Made by a program: the position numbers and the translations under genes
Assembly: GCF_018977255.1 (NCBI RefSeq)
Contig: NW_024704743.1
Location: 87,670,001-87,734,000 of the forward strand
Reading direction: 5' to 3'
DNA: 64,000 nucleotides
Source of the DNA: Callorhinchus milii
Lineage: Eukaryota
Notes under the pieces: generated by a model
What the model was told of the DNA's origin: nothing
Database searches by the model: none
Seen by the model: only the letters and a program-made list of their open reading frames with translations
Part shown: positions 1-11,160 of the stretch, one piece after another
Layout: every line of letters starts with the position of its first letter
Numbering within the stretch: the first letter of the stretch is position 1

Positions 1-387
1 TCATATCTCTTTTAAGTAATGTAGTGAATAGAATGTCATTTAAACTTCATAGTCCACATACACTTTGTAAAGTTTTCTCAGTTGGTAGGAATATAAATGA
101 TGTTTTCATGACTTAGTTGTCCTTTGCCTCTTTTGCCTGCCTGTGACATTCTTCTGCTCACACTTGGTTGCACATGAGCTGAGCCCCAGGTCGCATGTGC
201 AACCTGGGGTGTGGCTGCTGAAAAGGTTTTGAAATTATTTATCCCAAGTGGTTGCTTTTTTTCCGGTATATATAGTACATTATTGTTGCCTGTAGATTGG
301 ATTGTATCATTTCACAATTAGGCGTATATTTGCCTTCATATGCATGGTCATTTGACAGCAATTAACTTATAATAATAATAATAATAA

Positions 388-1043
388 ACCTCCCTCCACA
401 AGCTGCAGGTCATTCAGAACTCTGCAGCTCGTGTACTGTCCCGCACCAGGCTTCGCGACCACATCACTCCCACCCTCGCTCGCCTCCACTGGCTCCCCAT
501 CCCCCAGAGGATTGATTTCAAGATCCTCATCCTCACCTACAAGGCCATTCACGGCCTTGCTCCCTCCTACCTCTCCAACCTACTATCCCCCTACCTACCT
601 GCCCGTACCCTCCGTTCCTCTGGCTCTGGTCTGCTCCACGTCCCCCGCCCCAACCGCCCTACCATCGGTGGTCGGGCCTTCAGCCTCTCAGCCCCCAAGC
701 TCTGGAACTCCATCCCCCAGTGCCTTCGCCGCCTCCTCCCTTTCCTCCTTCAAGGCCGGTCTCAAAACCTTTCTCTTTGACCGTGCCTTCAGCTCCCCTC
801 TCGACTCTCTTCCCCCTCCTCGCTCCCTCCCTTCCCTCCCCTCACCCTGACCATTTCCCCCTCCTTGCTCCCTCCCTTCCCTCACCCTGACCATTTCCCC
901 CTCCTCGCTCCCTCCCTTCCCTCCCCTCACCCTGACCATTTCCCCCCTGCTCGGGTCATGACCCAACTGTGCAGCGCCTTGGGACGTCCTCCTGACGTGA
1001 AAGGCGCTTTATAAATGGAATCTTGTTGTTGTTGTTGTTGTTG
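388..1043 (+). mobile_element. 5'-truncated L2 (LINE2) fragment, young-looking: ORF2 C-terminus, 3' UTR and (GTT)n tail
   Basis: Frame from 400 reads KLQVIQNSAARVLSRTRLRDHITPTLARLHWLPIPQRIDFKILILTYKA...GGRAFSLSAPKLWNSIP, typical of L2 ORF2. 3' stem-loop at 973-1008 followed by a (GTT)n tail. Confidence 0.92.
808..947 (+). repeat. Pyrimidine-rich minisatellite (about 40-48 bp unit, about 3 copies) in the L2 3' UTR
   Basis: Repeated CCCTCACCCTGACCATTTCCCCCT(CCTCGCTCCCTCCCTT). Confidence 0.85.
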
Positions 1044-1243
1044 TAATAATCCTTGCATTTGGTATAGCGCTTTTCACGTCGGGAGGACGTCCCAAAACGC
1101 TTCACAGAACACACTGTAAAGTGAATTGACTATATTTGTGGGTGAACGCGGCAGCCAATTGCGCACAGCAATGTCCCACAAACAGTCGTAGATTGAAAAT
1201 GACCAATTTTATTATTGTTTTTGGTTTTTGGAGGGATTATTAT
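1044..1243 (-). mobile_element. tRNA-Ala-headed SINE, short type B, 5'-truncated; remainder of its tail at 369-387
   Basis: Near-identical to the copies at 5112, 7480, 32648, 42439 and 61053. Confidence 0.9.
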
Positions 1244-1659
1244 CTTGGCCTATAGATGTGAGTTTTCATTTGTATGAATGGGATTATGTTTGCTGTATAT
1301 AATAGATCTCCCATCTTGAAAAGACAAAAAAAATCAAGCCCATTTATTAAGCACTTTCTAGCTTCTTTTGCCCAGCAAGTTTACTGGAAATATTTAATGG
1401 TTTAAACCAGTATGTATGCATGATTTGAATTCTCCGAGTTAAAAACTTTACAATCCAACGTTGACTGCACAAAAAATGTTGATCACAAATTCTTGTTTGA
1501 TTTTAATGACTGATTCATTTTTGTCAAATAAGCCAGTACCCTGGCCTAAGGCCTACGTGAGCCTAGCATTTTCCTTTATGATCTTTTGTTGGAGTCTTGG
1601 GGCCTTTTTCTAGCTGAGATATGGTTGAAAGCAAAATCTTGGTTGTGATCACACTATTA

Positions 1660-2025
1660 ATCCTGTACTTTAGTGGTTAGAGCACTCGCCTCACAAGCGG
1701 GTGAACTGGATTCAATTCCCAGCAGGGCGAACTTTGGGCATGTTTCCTTACTCCACATCCCTCTGTTTACCTAGCAGTAAGAAAGAACTCAGTGGTAGGT
1801 TGATTTGTGGATTGCTTTTCTGGGGTTAATAATTCCTTCAAAAAAAATAATAATTTGGTCGCTCAATCCACGACTGTTTGTAGGACACTGCTGTGTGCAA
1901 TTGGCTGCTGCATTTCGCCCACAAAATATACAGTCAATTCACTTTACAGTATATTCTGTGAAGCGCTTTGAGACATCTTGAAGATGTGATAAGGCGCTAT
2001 ATCAAATGCAAGGATTATTATTATT
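1660..2025 (+). mobile_element. tRNA-Ala-headed SINE, long type A, near full length
   Basis: A-box/B-box head (AGTGGTTAGAGC...GATTCAATTCC), CTTTGGGCATGTTTCCTTAC segment, shared 3' body and (ATT)n tail. Confidence 0.88.
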
Positions 2026-2224
2026 TAAGAAATTGCTGAGTTCTAGACCCTCTAAAATACTGCACAAATAGAGTAAATCTAGACTCATGTAGAATTTTTC
2101 CCCATGTATTCTCTAAGCATTCTGGTCCATTCTTATCAAGTCATTCTTCTTTCAATGTATTATGGATGGATGAGATCAAACGGGCCAAAGGCCCTTCAAA
2201 GGCACTCCCGGGTCCTGATCCTTG

Positions 2225-2296
2225 ACTGTACAGCTCCTTGAGATGTCCTCCCGATGTGAAAGGTACTTTACAAATGTAATTTTGTTGTTTGTTGTT
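2225..2296 (+). mobile_element. L2 3' tail fragment inside a CR1-type tail remnant
   Basis: GATGTCCTCCCGATGTGAAAGG...TTGTTG, flanked by GGGCCAAAGGCCCTTC and TTCTTCATCC. Confidence 0.6.
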
Positions 2297-3086
2297 CTTC
2301 TTCTTCATCCAATCTTCTTGTGATTCTTGTTATCTTGAAATCTTTATTTCAGCTGCCTGACAACCACAGAAATCTCTGCACACTATTGACATTGCATGTG
2401 AAATGTAAACTCCTCTATTCAATCAGCTGCTTTGTAATTTTCATATTCAGGTTTCCTGGGCCAATTGTAAATTATGGGTACAATATATTTAAGCAGAGAA
2501 TGTGCGGAGCAAGATACAGTAATTTATTAAATTGTGTTTTAATATCATAGCTCAGTTCAGTGATATCTTCAGTATAAACTAAGAGAGACAAGGGAGGCAG
2601 GTGGTCATTGAGGGAAGGGCAGAATGCCCTCTGGGTTTTCTTAATGTTGCCATTGAATGGGTTCATACAAAGTGATAGACTGAGAGGATTTGCTTTTACA
2701 TTACTTTTTGCCATAGGCCTACAAAAACCATTCATGCATTATTCTTAATAATTGATTTCTGCATAATTCATACCTTCTTATTTAATTGTTATGAGTCCAT
2801 AGTGTAAGAATACAAATGTTCTACTGTGGACCAGGGAACTGAGAGAATTGATGTGCTTGGTTTGAAATTGCTTATTTCAATACGGAACCAATAGAATTGT
2901 TATACTCAGACATCATTGGATAGTTAGTACTGCCAGCCAGGGACTGTGATCACTTTAAGAATAGAGGGCAGTATGAATATCATTTAGTCTGAATCACTGG
3001 GGATTTGTTCCCACTGGTCAGACAATTGGATTGCATAGATTTTCATAGAACGTTTCGACACAGAAACAGGCCATTTGGCCAAACTA

Positions 3087-3285
3087 TAAAACTCTCTGCC
3101 TCAATCCCTCTGCTTTGCTTCCTCCTCGCCTATCTTCATATTACACCTCAAGACCTTTCTCTTCGATTGTGCCTATGATCACTTGTCCCCTCTCCATTCC
3201 TCGGCGTCAAGCTCCTCCACTGCTAAGCGCTTCGAGCCCTACCCATATGAAGGCCACTATATAAATGCAAGTTTTTGTTGTTGTT
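3087..3285 (+). mobile_element. L2 3' fragment with about 14-bp target site duplication, inserted in a CR1 tail remnant
   Basis: L2 C-terminus plus tail, flanked by ATTTGGCCAAACTA (3073-3086) and ATTTGGCCCAACTA (3286-3299). Confidence 0.75.
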
Positions 3286-4256
3286 ATTTGGCCCAACTAG
3301 GGGATTAGGAGAGTTTCCACCTCTCCTAATACCCTCTCCCGTATATATCTGTTCCTGTTCCAGGTTAAACAGGATAAGTGATTTTTTTCAAAAAATTTAA
3401 CGTTAAAATTATATTATTCAACAAAACTCAGGTATGTCTCTGGGGGAAGACTTAGAAAATAAATTATTCTATTTCAACTTTGACTTTGATAGCACATGCT
3501 CAAAGGAAGATGTGGCAGTCAGTCAATGTGATGTTTTAATGCGAAGGGCATAACATTTCAGTCAATGTGACATGATTGTCTTGTTTCAATTCAATACAGT
3601 ACCATGTTTGGTAATACGTTTTGAGAGCTCAGAACCATCGGGTTTAGAGAACCGTTGGGTTGAACCTTTTGACTACATGTCTGATTTGACCTTTCTGCTG
3701 ATTTGGAAAGATTTAAGGCTTAGCATTTGCCAGATATTAAATCTATCAATATTGGTCAACAATCTGGGAAATGTCATTGAAGTGAAAAATGTGGTACGTA
3801 ATGTGATAATTATCACTGGTGAGTTTAACCGGGATCCCGTAAAGCAACACTCAAGCACCACAATCTATAAACAGCACCTTCAATGGCAGCCAGGGAGAGC
3901 TTCAGGCCCAACCATTGAATAGCCAAAGTGAACTGGTGGAGGTGTTTATAGCTGTAGGCAGCCTTTCTTCCACATAATCAGTATTTTTAGAAATGTGATA
4001 CTAACAACTTTCTTCTTCTGCAAATTAAACCCTACTGCGAAAAATTGGTTGCACAGTGTCACGGCTACATGAGTTTCAATGTGTCAGTGTTTTCTGGGGC
4101 AACAGCAAAAGACATTGCATGCTCTGGTGCTAGCCCAATGTTACATTTACCAGATAGCGAGAAATAATACACACCCAATCTACCAAGATTAGCACATGTA
4201 TGGACAATGGAAAATCACACTTCTTAGTTCTGTGAACAATCCTAGAAAGTGCAACT

Positions 4257-4622
4257 AATAATAATATAATCCTTGCATTTGATCTTGCATGTTATCAGTT
4301 CTTTGAGCCATCTCAAAGTGCTTCACAAAATATACTGTGAATTGACTGTATATTTTGTGGGCGAAACACGGCAGCCAATTGTGTACAGCAGTGTCTCACA
4401 AACAGTCATGGATTGAGTGACCAAATTATTAGTTATTTATTTTTGAAGGGATTATTACCCCTGCCAATCGACTAACAAGCGTGTTCCTACTTACTGCTAG
4501 GTAAACAGAGGCATGTGGAGTAAGAAAACTTGTAAGGAAATATTACGCCCTTCCTGGGAATCAAACCCAGGTCCTCTCACTTTTGAGGTGAGTGCTCTAA
4601 CCACTAAGCTACAGGACTCCAC
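4257..4622 (-). mobile_element. SINE type A, full length
   Basis: Reverse complement begins GTGGAGTCCTGTAGCTTAGTGGTTAGAGC and ends in (ATT)n. Confidence 0.88.
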
Positions 4623-4796
4623 ATTATCTCAAAGTGCTTCATTGTAAAGTGTAGTGACTGTGAAATGGTAAGCGAGCAAGGCAGCAGTAATGTCCCACAA
4701 ACAGCTACAAGTGCAGTACAAGTAAGGTATATTGAAAGTATATTTAGTCTTTAGAAAGTCAATTACTGTTTTTCTAAGAAAAACCTTGAATACAGC

Positions 4797-5075
4797 AACA
4801 ACAATTTGCCTTTATTTAGCACTTTTCACTTTGAGAGTACATCCCAAAGCACTCTACACAACTGACCGAGAGCCTGAGCTTGGGAGGGAGAAGTGATGAG
4901 GAGGGAATTGGGAGGTAGCTGAAAACACAGTCAAACAAATAGGTTTTAAGGTAAGTTTTAAAGGTGGGAAGTAAGGGGTTAAGACAGAGGGACTCTGGGA
5001 TGCAATTCTAGTGGTGGGGGCAGACTAGCTGAAAGCTCGACCGCTAATGGGATGGATCAACCAGGGAACATGTAG
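4797..5075 (-). mobile_element. Diverged L2 3' fragment
   Basis: (AAC)n tail and purine-rich antisense L2 C-terminus. Confidence 0.7.
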
Positions 5076-5111
5076 CAGAAAAAAAGCTTTAGGTGCAGGT
5101 TTGGTGCATTG

Positions 5112-5322
5112 ATAATAATCCCTCCAAAAACAAAAACAATAATAAATTGGTCATTTTCAATCTACGACTGTTTGTGGGACATTGCTGTGCACAATTGGCT
5201 GCCGCGTTCACCCACAAATATACAGTCAATTCACTTTACAGTGTGTTCTGTGAAGCGTTTTGGGACGTCCTCCCGACGTGAAAAGCGCTATATCAAATGC
5301 AAGGATTATTATTATTATTATA
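5112..5322 (+). mobile_element. SINE type B, 5'-truncated
   Basis: Shared body and GGGACGTCCTCCCGACGTGAAAAGCGC tail. Confidence 0.9.
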
Positions 5323-7479
5323 TTGAGATCAGCTGTGAGAGTTATCAACAAATACCTGAAGAAGTTTCCAATATTATCTGGACAATATTATCTCTTTAAA
5401 TAGACAATATTCTTTTATCAGTCTGACTTGAATCAATGTGTAATGTAGAATTATGTCATTTTGTTTGTAGGTGGAGAGGGATCATCAGTTTTACTATTAC
5501 ATTTGAAATTAGGGATACTGCACAATTCCTTCAAAAGCTGAAAGGGCTAAAATAATATTTTTATAATTGAGCACTTTATAGCACTCGATCTGATTTTATT
5601 TTAAAAAGAAAAAGCTTGATTTTAAAGTAGAATAATTTATTTTCTAAAATAACTATAAGGGTTTTAAGCAGGCAGAATAAAGACATATTGTCTCTGTACG
5701 TTTGCCTATTATTAGATTTGTCAATTTTATAATTCACAAATCTCGCATTGAGACATCATTACTGCACAGCAGCGGGACACAGCTTTACTGAGAAAGCTGG
5801 GTTGGTAAGGTCAAAGGTAATGGTTTGCGGCTTAAATATAGGTTGCCATCAGCAACAATAATGTGAAATGCAGGGTCAGTGAGCTGGAGTTATTGAAAGA
5901 CAGGGCGGAGTCAGGCCTGGCCATATGGTGAATGCCAAAACCAGGGCAGAACTGTCACGGCTAAGCAAGCTCATAATGCAGGTGAAAGGAAATTGTGATG
6001 AAGGAAAAACATGCATCCTGCCATGAAGAAATGAGGACAGAGGCTGAGGGCAACACACTGCCCGCTGACTGACACTTGCACTGATAAGACGCAACATCAG
6101 AAGTTGTTCTTTGGCAATGCAAACTTGATTAGGGCAGATAGGCCCCCATCAGGACTATTCACTGGCAGATGAACATGAAGGCTCTCAGATCCAGCATGCC
6201 TGACTGCAGCATCGCAGTCTCTCTGTCACCATTCCTGACAAAATAAGAACATGATTAGCAATTCGGCATCAGACAACTGGAACATCTTTCATACTAAAGG
6301 CGACTTTGATAAAAGAGAAAGTCATGACATTGTAGATTAATTGGGACGGCTGAGCAAATATGCAGGAAAATATTTTTTATAAAAGGGGTCAGGATGGCTT
6401 GCGCTATAAGCAGAAACATTGCTTGCTGCTAAACAAGCCCTCAAGACCTTAATTTGTTGCGCCTTTAATTTTTACATTTTATGTACAACTTATTTTAATT
6501 ATTATGTTTTTGTTAAGAGTTTAAGCCTTGTCGTCGTCTCCCACCCCTTAGTTATTTTCTTTTTCTCTGTACAATCCGCCAATCTTTGACTGACAGGATG
6601 GTGAGTGATATATTCCATCAGTGCCACCTACAAAACAGTAACCTGAGGAAACTCACCCTCTGATTTCTCCTCCCTTCTGAACGAGAATAGGCAAAATTAT
6701 ATTAAAAACATAAGGAAATCTGGGACAAGAAAAGGCACTGATACTAATCCTTCTGGATCCTTGCTTCTTTTAATACAATCACCCAATATCTAACATTCCA
6801 TATCCCATCCAACTTTAATTACTGTAGATAACTTGATACCAACAAAAGGTAATGATAACTGCACACTTCATACCATTCCTAATCGTTACACTGCCAATGA
6901 TTAAAGAAAAGTATGTGTTTAGAAAACCCCACAAACTTTACCCCTAAGTCCCATCTTTCTGTATTACGTTTTTCAATGACATTTTCACATTGACCTGGCC
7001 TTGAAAGGTATGAATCTACCATCACTCCTGGATCCTTATCTAGGACTCTTCTCCCCATTTAATCCCATTTATTTTAAGCTTCTGGTGTATGTTTTTATCA
7101 GATGTTTAATACTTTCCATTTGTTAGTGTTAATTATAATAAATCTTGCATTGTATGCAGCTTCTATAATGCTGAAATACCTCAAAATATTTCACAGATAA
7201 TTGCTTTCATGTATGGGCAGGTCTATTGTGATTCCAGTTCATTAGCACACTGAGGCTGACAGTAAATGCAATCGGTGGGTTCCTTTTCTGTATGGTCAGG
7301 GAACAATGAATTCACATATTTAATTTCTACACCACTAAATTTCCCTATCCATGTGATATATTTCTTCGAATTATTATTGTTTGTCTTCAGATTTTGCCTC
7401 ATAATGTGACACTCTACTGCAGTGCTGGGCGAGAGCTGCATTTGTTAGAGATTATGTCATGGGCAAGTTTCCTTACTCC

Positions 7480-7698
7480 ACACGCCTAATAATAATCCCT
7501 CCAAAAAACAAAACAATAATAAATTGGTCATTTTCAATCTACGACTGTTTGTGGGACATTGCTGTGCGCAATTGGCTGCCGCGTTCGCCCATAAATATAC
7601 AGTCAATTCACTTTACAGTGTGTTCTGTGAAGCGCTTTGGGACGTCCTCCCGACGTGAAAAGCGCTATATCAAATGCAAGGATTATTATTATTATTAT
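7480..7698 (+). mobile_element. SINE type B nested in an older Deu-type SINE (remnants at about 7400-7450 and 7715-7930)
   Basis: Young copy flanked by diverged Deu-SINE segments. Confidence 0.85.
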
Positions 7699-8984
7699 TT
7701 GGACAAGATGGTAAATAAAATCCGGTCTGCCTGTTCTGACCAACAGTCCCCACAGATAAAATTACTCATTCACTTCATAGCTGTTTGTGGGACATAGCTG
7801 TACACAAATTGGTTTCCACATTCATCTACACAATATACAGTCACTCAAAATGAGAGTGAACACTGTGAAGCGCTTTAAGGCACCCTCCTGAGATGTGAAA
7901 GGCACTACATCGGAATCAAGGATTATTATTAAAGTCATACACACAAAACTATTTGGTACTTGGCTGGTGCCTAACTATAAACTGGAGTTTATATATGTGC
8001 ACCTTCCAGTACTTGATTTAAGACAAAAATATGACTAGGAATGATGAGACCAGCTGGTTTCTCCCACCCCCAATGTCTGGCTGTGCCAGGGAGAAATGGA
8101 GAAGTGTATGCAAACCCTACTTGTCTGTCAATTGTGGCACAGACAACAACAACTTGCATTTATATAGTGCCCTTCATGCCGAATAGCACAAGGCTTTAAC
8201 AAAGCTCCTTATCACTTTCAACACTGAAATGGTGAAGTCTTCATAAGAATATTGTGCAAACCCTCCTTCCTATTTTTGGTGATGGGAAATGTTAAAGATA
8301 TAAGAAAACTACTTTAGACATCCACAACAAACAACAAATTACATTTATATAGCACCTTTCATGTCAGGAGGACATCAGGATGACATTGGCTCTTTTATTC
8401 CATTGTTGACTGTTTTCAATGATAAATTGTCTCTTGTCTTCCCATCCATGTAGAGTGAGCTTCCAACACCAGCACTGAAGTGAGATGCTGAAGTGTTTGA
8501 GTCTCTTTCAGCCTCCCACTCAAATCAAGGGGAAATAATGGATCAAGATGAAGACAGGCAGCTATTCAACACACATCTTTCAGAGTTTTGGGTGAAAAGT
8601 ACTGAAAATTGAGTTCAAAACAGTCCTCAATTACACCTGAACACCCCCTTTCCATTGCGTCACATTGGTTTGACGTGAAGCCAACTGAGGTCTCCCACTG
8701 CCTCCATTGTTCCTGCAGAACCTGGTGGTTGAATGCCACTGAGGATAACAGTATATATAACTCTGTATAACACTGATTGAGTTAGCCTGGTAACTCCAGT
8801 AAAACCCCATGTTCTATTGGAGGGAGCAACTATGCTGGAGGTCTGGGATTTCAGGCCAAACTATTATTGGGAAGAAGAGGGGAGGTTGCCCACATTTATT
8901 CTGCAGTTTACAGTGATGTGATAAATAGCACCAATGATAATTACCACATTTTGCATTTCATCCCTATTGTATTTATTTCTAGCT

Positions 8985-9225
8985 ATTATGTATCTATCCA
9001 TCTATCTAATTGATTTATCTATCTGTCTGCACCTTTATCCATCAATGGAAATAGATCTAGATGGGCAGATAGATAGAAGAACAGATGCAAGTACAGATTG
9101 AAAGGAACATTGATAGATAAATATGTTCTGTTGACAGACAGATAGATACAGATCCACATCTATCTACCTGTGTGTGCTTAAACGTGTCTACCCTATATCT
9201 ATTTACCTATCTGTATGTCAATATG
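8985..9225. repeat. Degenerate (ATCT/GATA)n simple repeat in alternating orientation
   Basis: TATC block, then GATA block, then TATC block. Confidence 0.7.
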
Positions 9226-10844
9226 TATTGTGCAAACCTCTAGATATCAAACCTCTTAGTTAGTCTATAACATTACTGTAAAATTTGAAGCCAAAAGGTA
9301 GCTTTGATTAAAAATATTCTATCGGTTCACATCTGGAATGGTGAGGCAGGTGTGTGTGTGTGTGTGCAGAAAGCTTAAAGCTGACTGCAAATTGTTCTTG
9401 TGAGCCGTGGAACTTACCAGGTTAAAAGCCCGTGAAGTGGAGACAGCAGAATGTTTTAAAAACCTTGTTTGGTGAAACAAGATGGATTAAGGGTAAAATG
9501 AAATAAGGCACCAGCGTGGCTTTCTATTCAATCAAACTAGACAGAATAGATCTCCCACTAACAGCACCATGCGTCAGTGAATGAACAGCAGTTGAAATGC
9601 TGGAGAGAGAGAGAGAGACAGAAGACAAGGAAATGTGAAATGCTAAACATTCAAACAGTGCATTCAGATTCTGTCTGTGTTAATTAACAAGAGCGTTTGT
9701 CTAAAGTACAATCTAACCTTAGAATTTTGTAGCCTTACAGAAATAAACCTGTGTGCTCACAGATGTGTCTTTGTGATGCTTTCATCACAGCTTGGCTAGA
9801 TTTATCACTGTACTGATGGGCTGGAACTCTGAAGCCTCCTGTGGCTATTTGTTTCATAGTTCACAAAATTTTGGTCCTTAGTCAGTCCACTGGTTCTTGT
9901 TCTCAAATAAGCAAGGGAAATAATGGGATAATGAGAGAGCATGTAAGATAAGTCAATGTTGAGAATCCGTGAGCTGGGACCTGGATAATTGGAGAATGAT
10001 GGGTATGAAAGATGTAGGTGAAAGGCTAAGGTGTCAAAAGTGGCTTTTGGAAATTTAAACAATTATTGTGAATCAGAGCAAACCTGTACTCAGCTGTGGC
10101 ACACAAATACCATTAATATAAAAATATTATTGCGTCTCAAATCCTGATTATGCAGAATCGAGAAGCACAGTTCCAATCTGACCTTAGTATGTTCCTATCC
10201 TGTCAGCGACTGGTGTTAAGCTGGGAAATAATCTAAAGGATAGAACCTCCAGGTCAGAGCTGTAATGGTTTTTATGCCTTGTTTATTATAAGCAAAGATG
10301 TCTTATTCTGAGCTCAGTATTTGAATCTGTGATGTCAGGTTCAACGTAGGAATCTTGTCTGTATTGGATTTTGTTTTGTGCTAATGTTTTACATTGGAAG
10401 ATTGAAGACTGAAACAAAATGTATACTCTATTTATTCATTGCAGCGTTAGTTACAATTCACGGTATTGAGATTTTTGAATTCCCTTCGGCACTCTATTTT
10501 CCAAATTGTTGTCAGATTTTTTTGAATCTGAAAATAGGGAATCTCAAACTAGAAGTTCTCAATAACACAATGAACCTAGTTTGCAAACATATTTTAGGCC
10601 TCACTGTTTGTACTTGTGTCAGCTCACCGGTGCAGTGAGCAATGAAGGCTGGGTATGGTGACACAGGCGTCTTACTTCATTGCTGAATCTAACCATTGTT
10701 TCACATGGCACTGTCTATGAATCTCCCGACGCAGCTTGAGTTCACGATGGAATTAACCTGGAGCACTGAACTTGCATCAACTCCAACTAGAAATTGGAAT
10801 TTGGCAAGGTATATTAAATGTTACATGGGGTTGAAACCATAAAC

Positions 10845-11160
10845 CCAGAACAATACTTTTGAATGCATCAAGACAGTATGACAAGAGAACAGAGGCTTAG
10901 AATTACAAAGGGCAATTTCAGGACAGATACCAGAGGGGTAATTAGCGACAGGAATAGGTAACAGGGGGGATAGCTGAGGCCAGGGCTCTGGACTTATTTA
11001 AGAAACAGCTTCATGTTGTGTCCACCTCCATCACTGTAAAACACTCTAAGACATTATCCTATGTGAATGCTGCTATTTTAATGCTATTTGTATTCTGAAA
11101 GGGTGAGATCAAATAGGCCGAAGAGCTGTCTTCATCTGAATCTCCTATTGTGACTTTATG
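10845..11160 (+). mobile_element. Old CR1 3' remnant containing a small L2-like tail
   Basis: AACCCAGAACAATACTTTT..ATGCATCAAGA is also seen at 60811. Ends GATCAAATAGGCCGAAGAGC..TCTTCATC. Confidence 0.55.

Noticed and set aside
431..850. Pro/Ser-rich 139-aa ORF and overlapping antisense ORFs
   Set aside because: Alternate frames of the L2 fragment and its minisatellite.
5109..5399. Recurrent ORFs ending ...[15 protein letters not shown] (5109, 7459, 32573, 61033 and related)
   Set aside because: Translations of the same SINE and its (ATT)n tail, not a gene family.
6100..6250. Minus-strand acceptor near 6235 (and near 11531) as coding exons
   Set aside because: All frames hit stops soon, no convincing donor, and no recognisable peptide.
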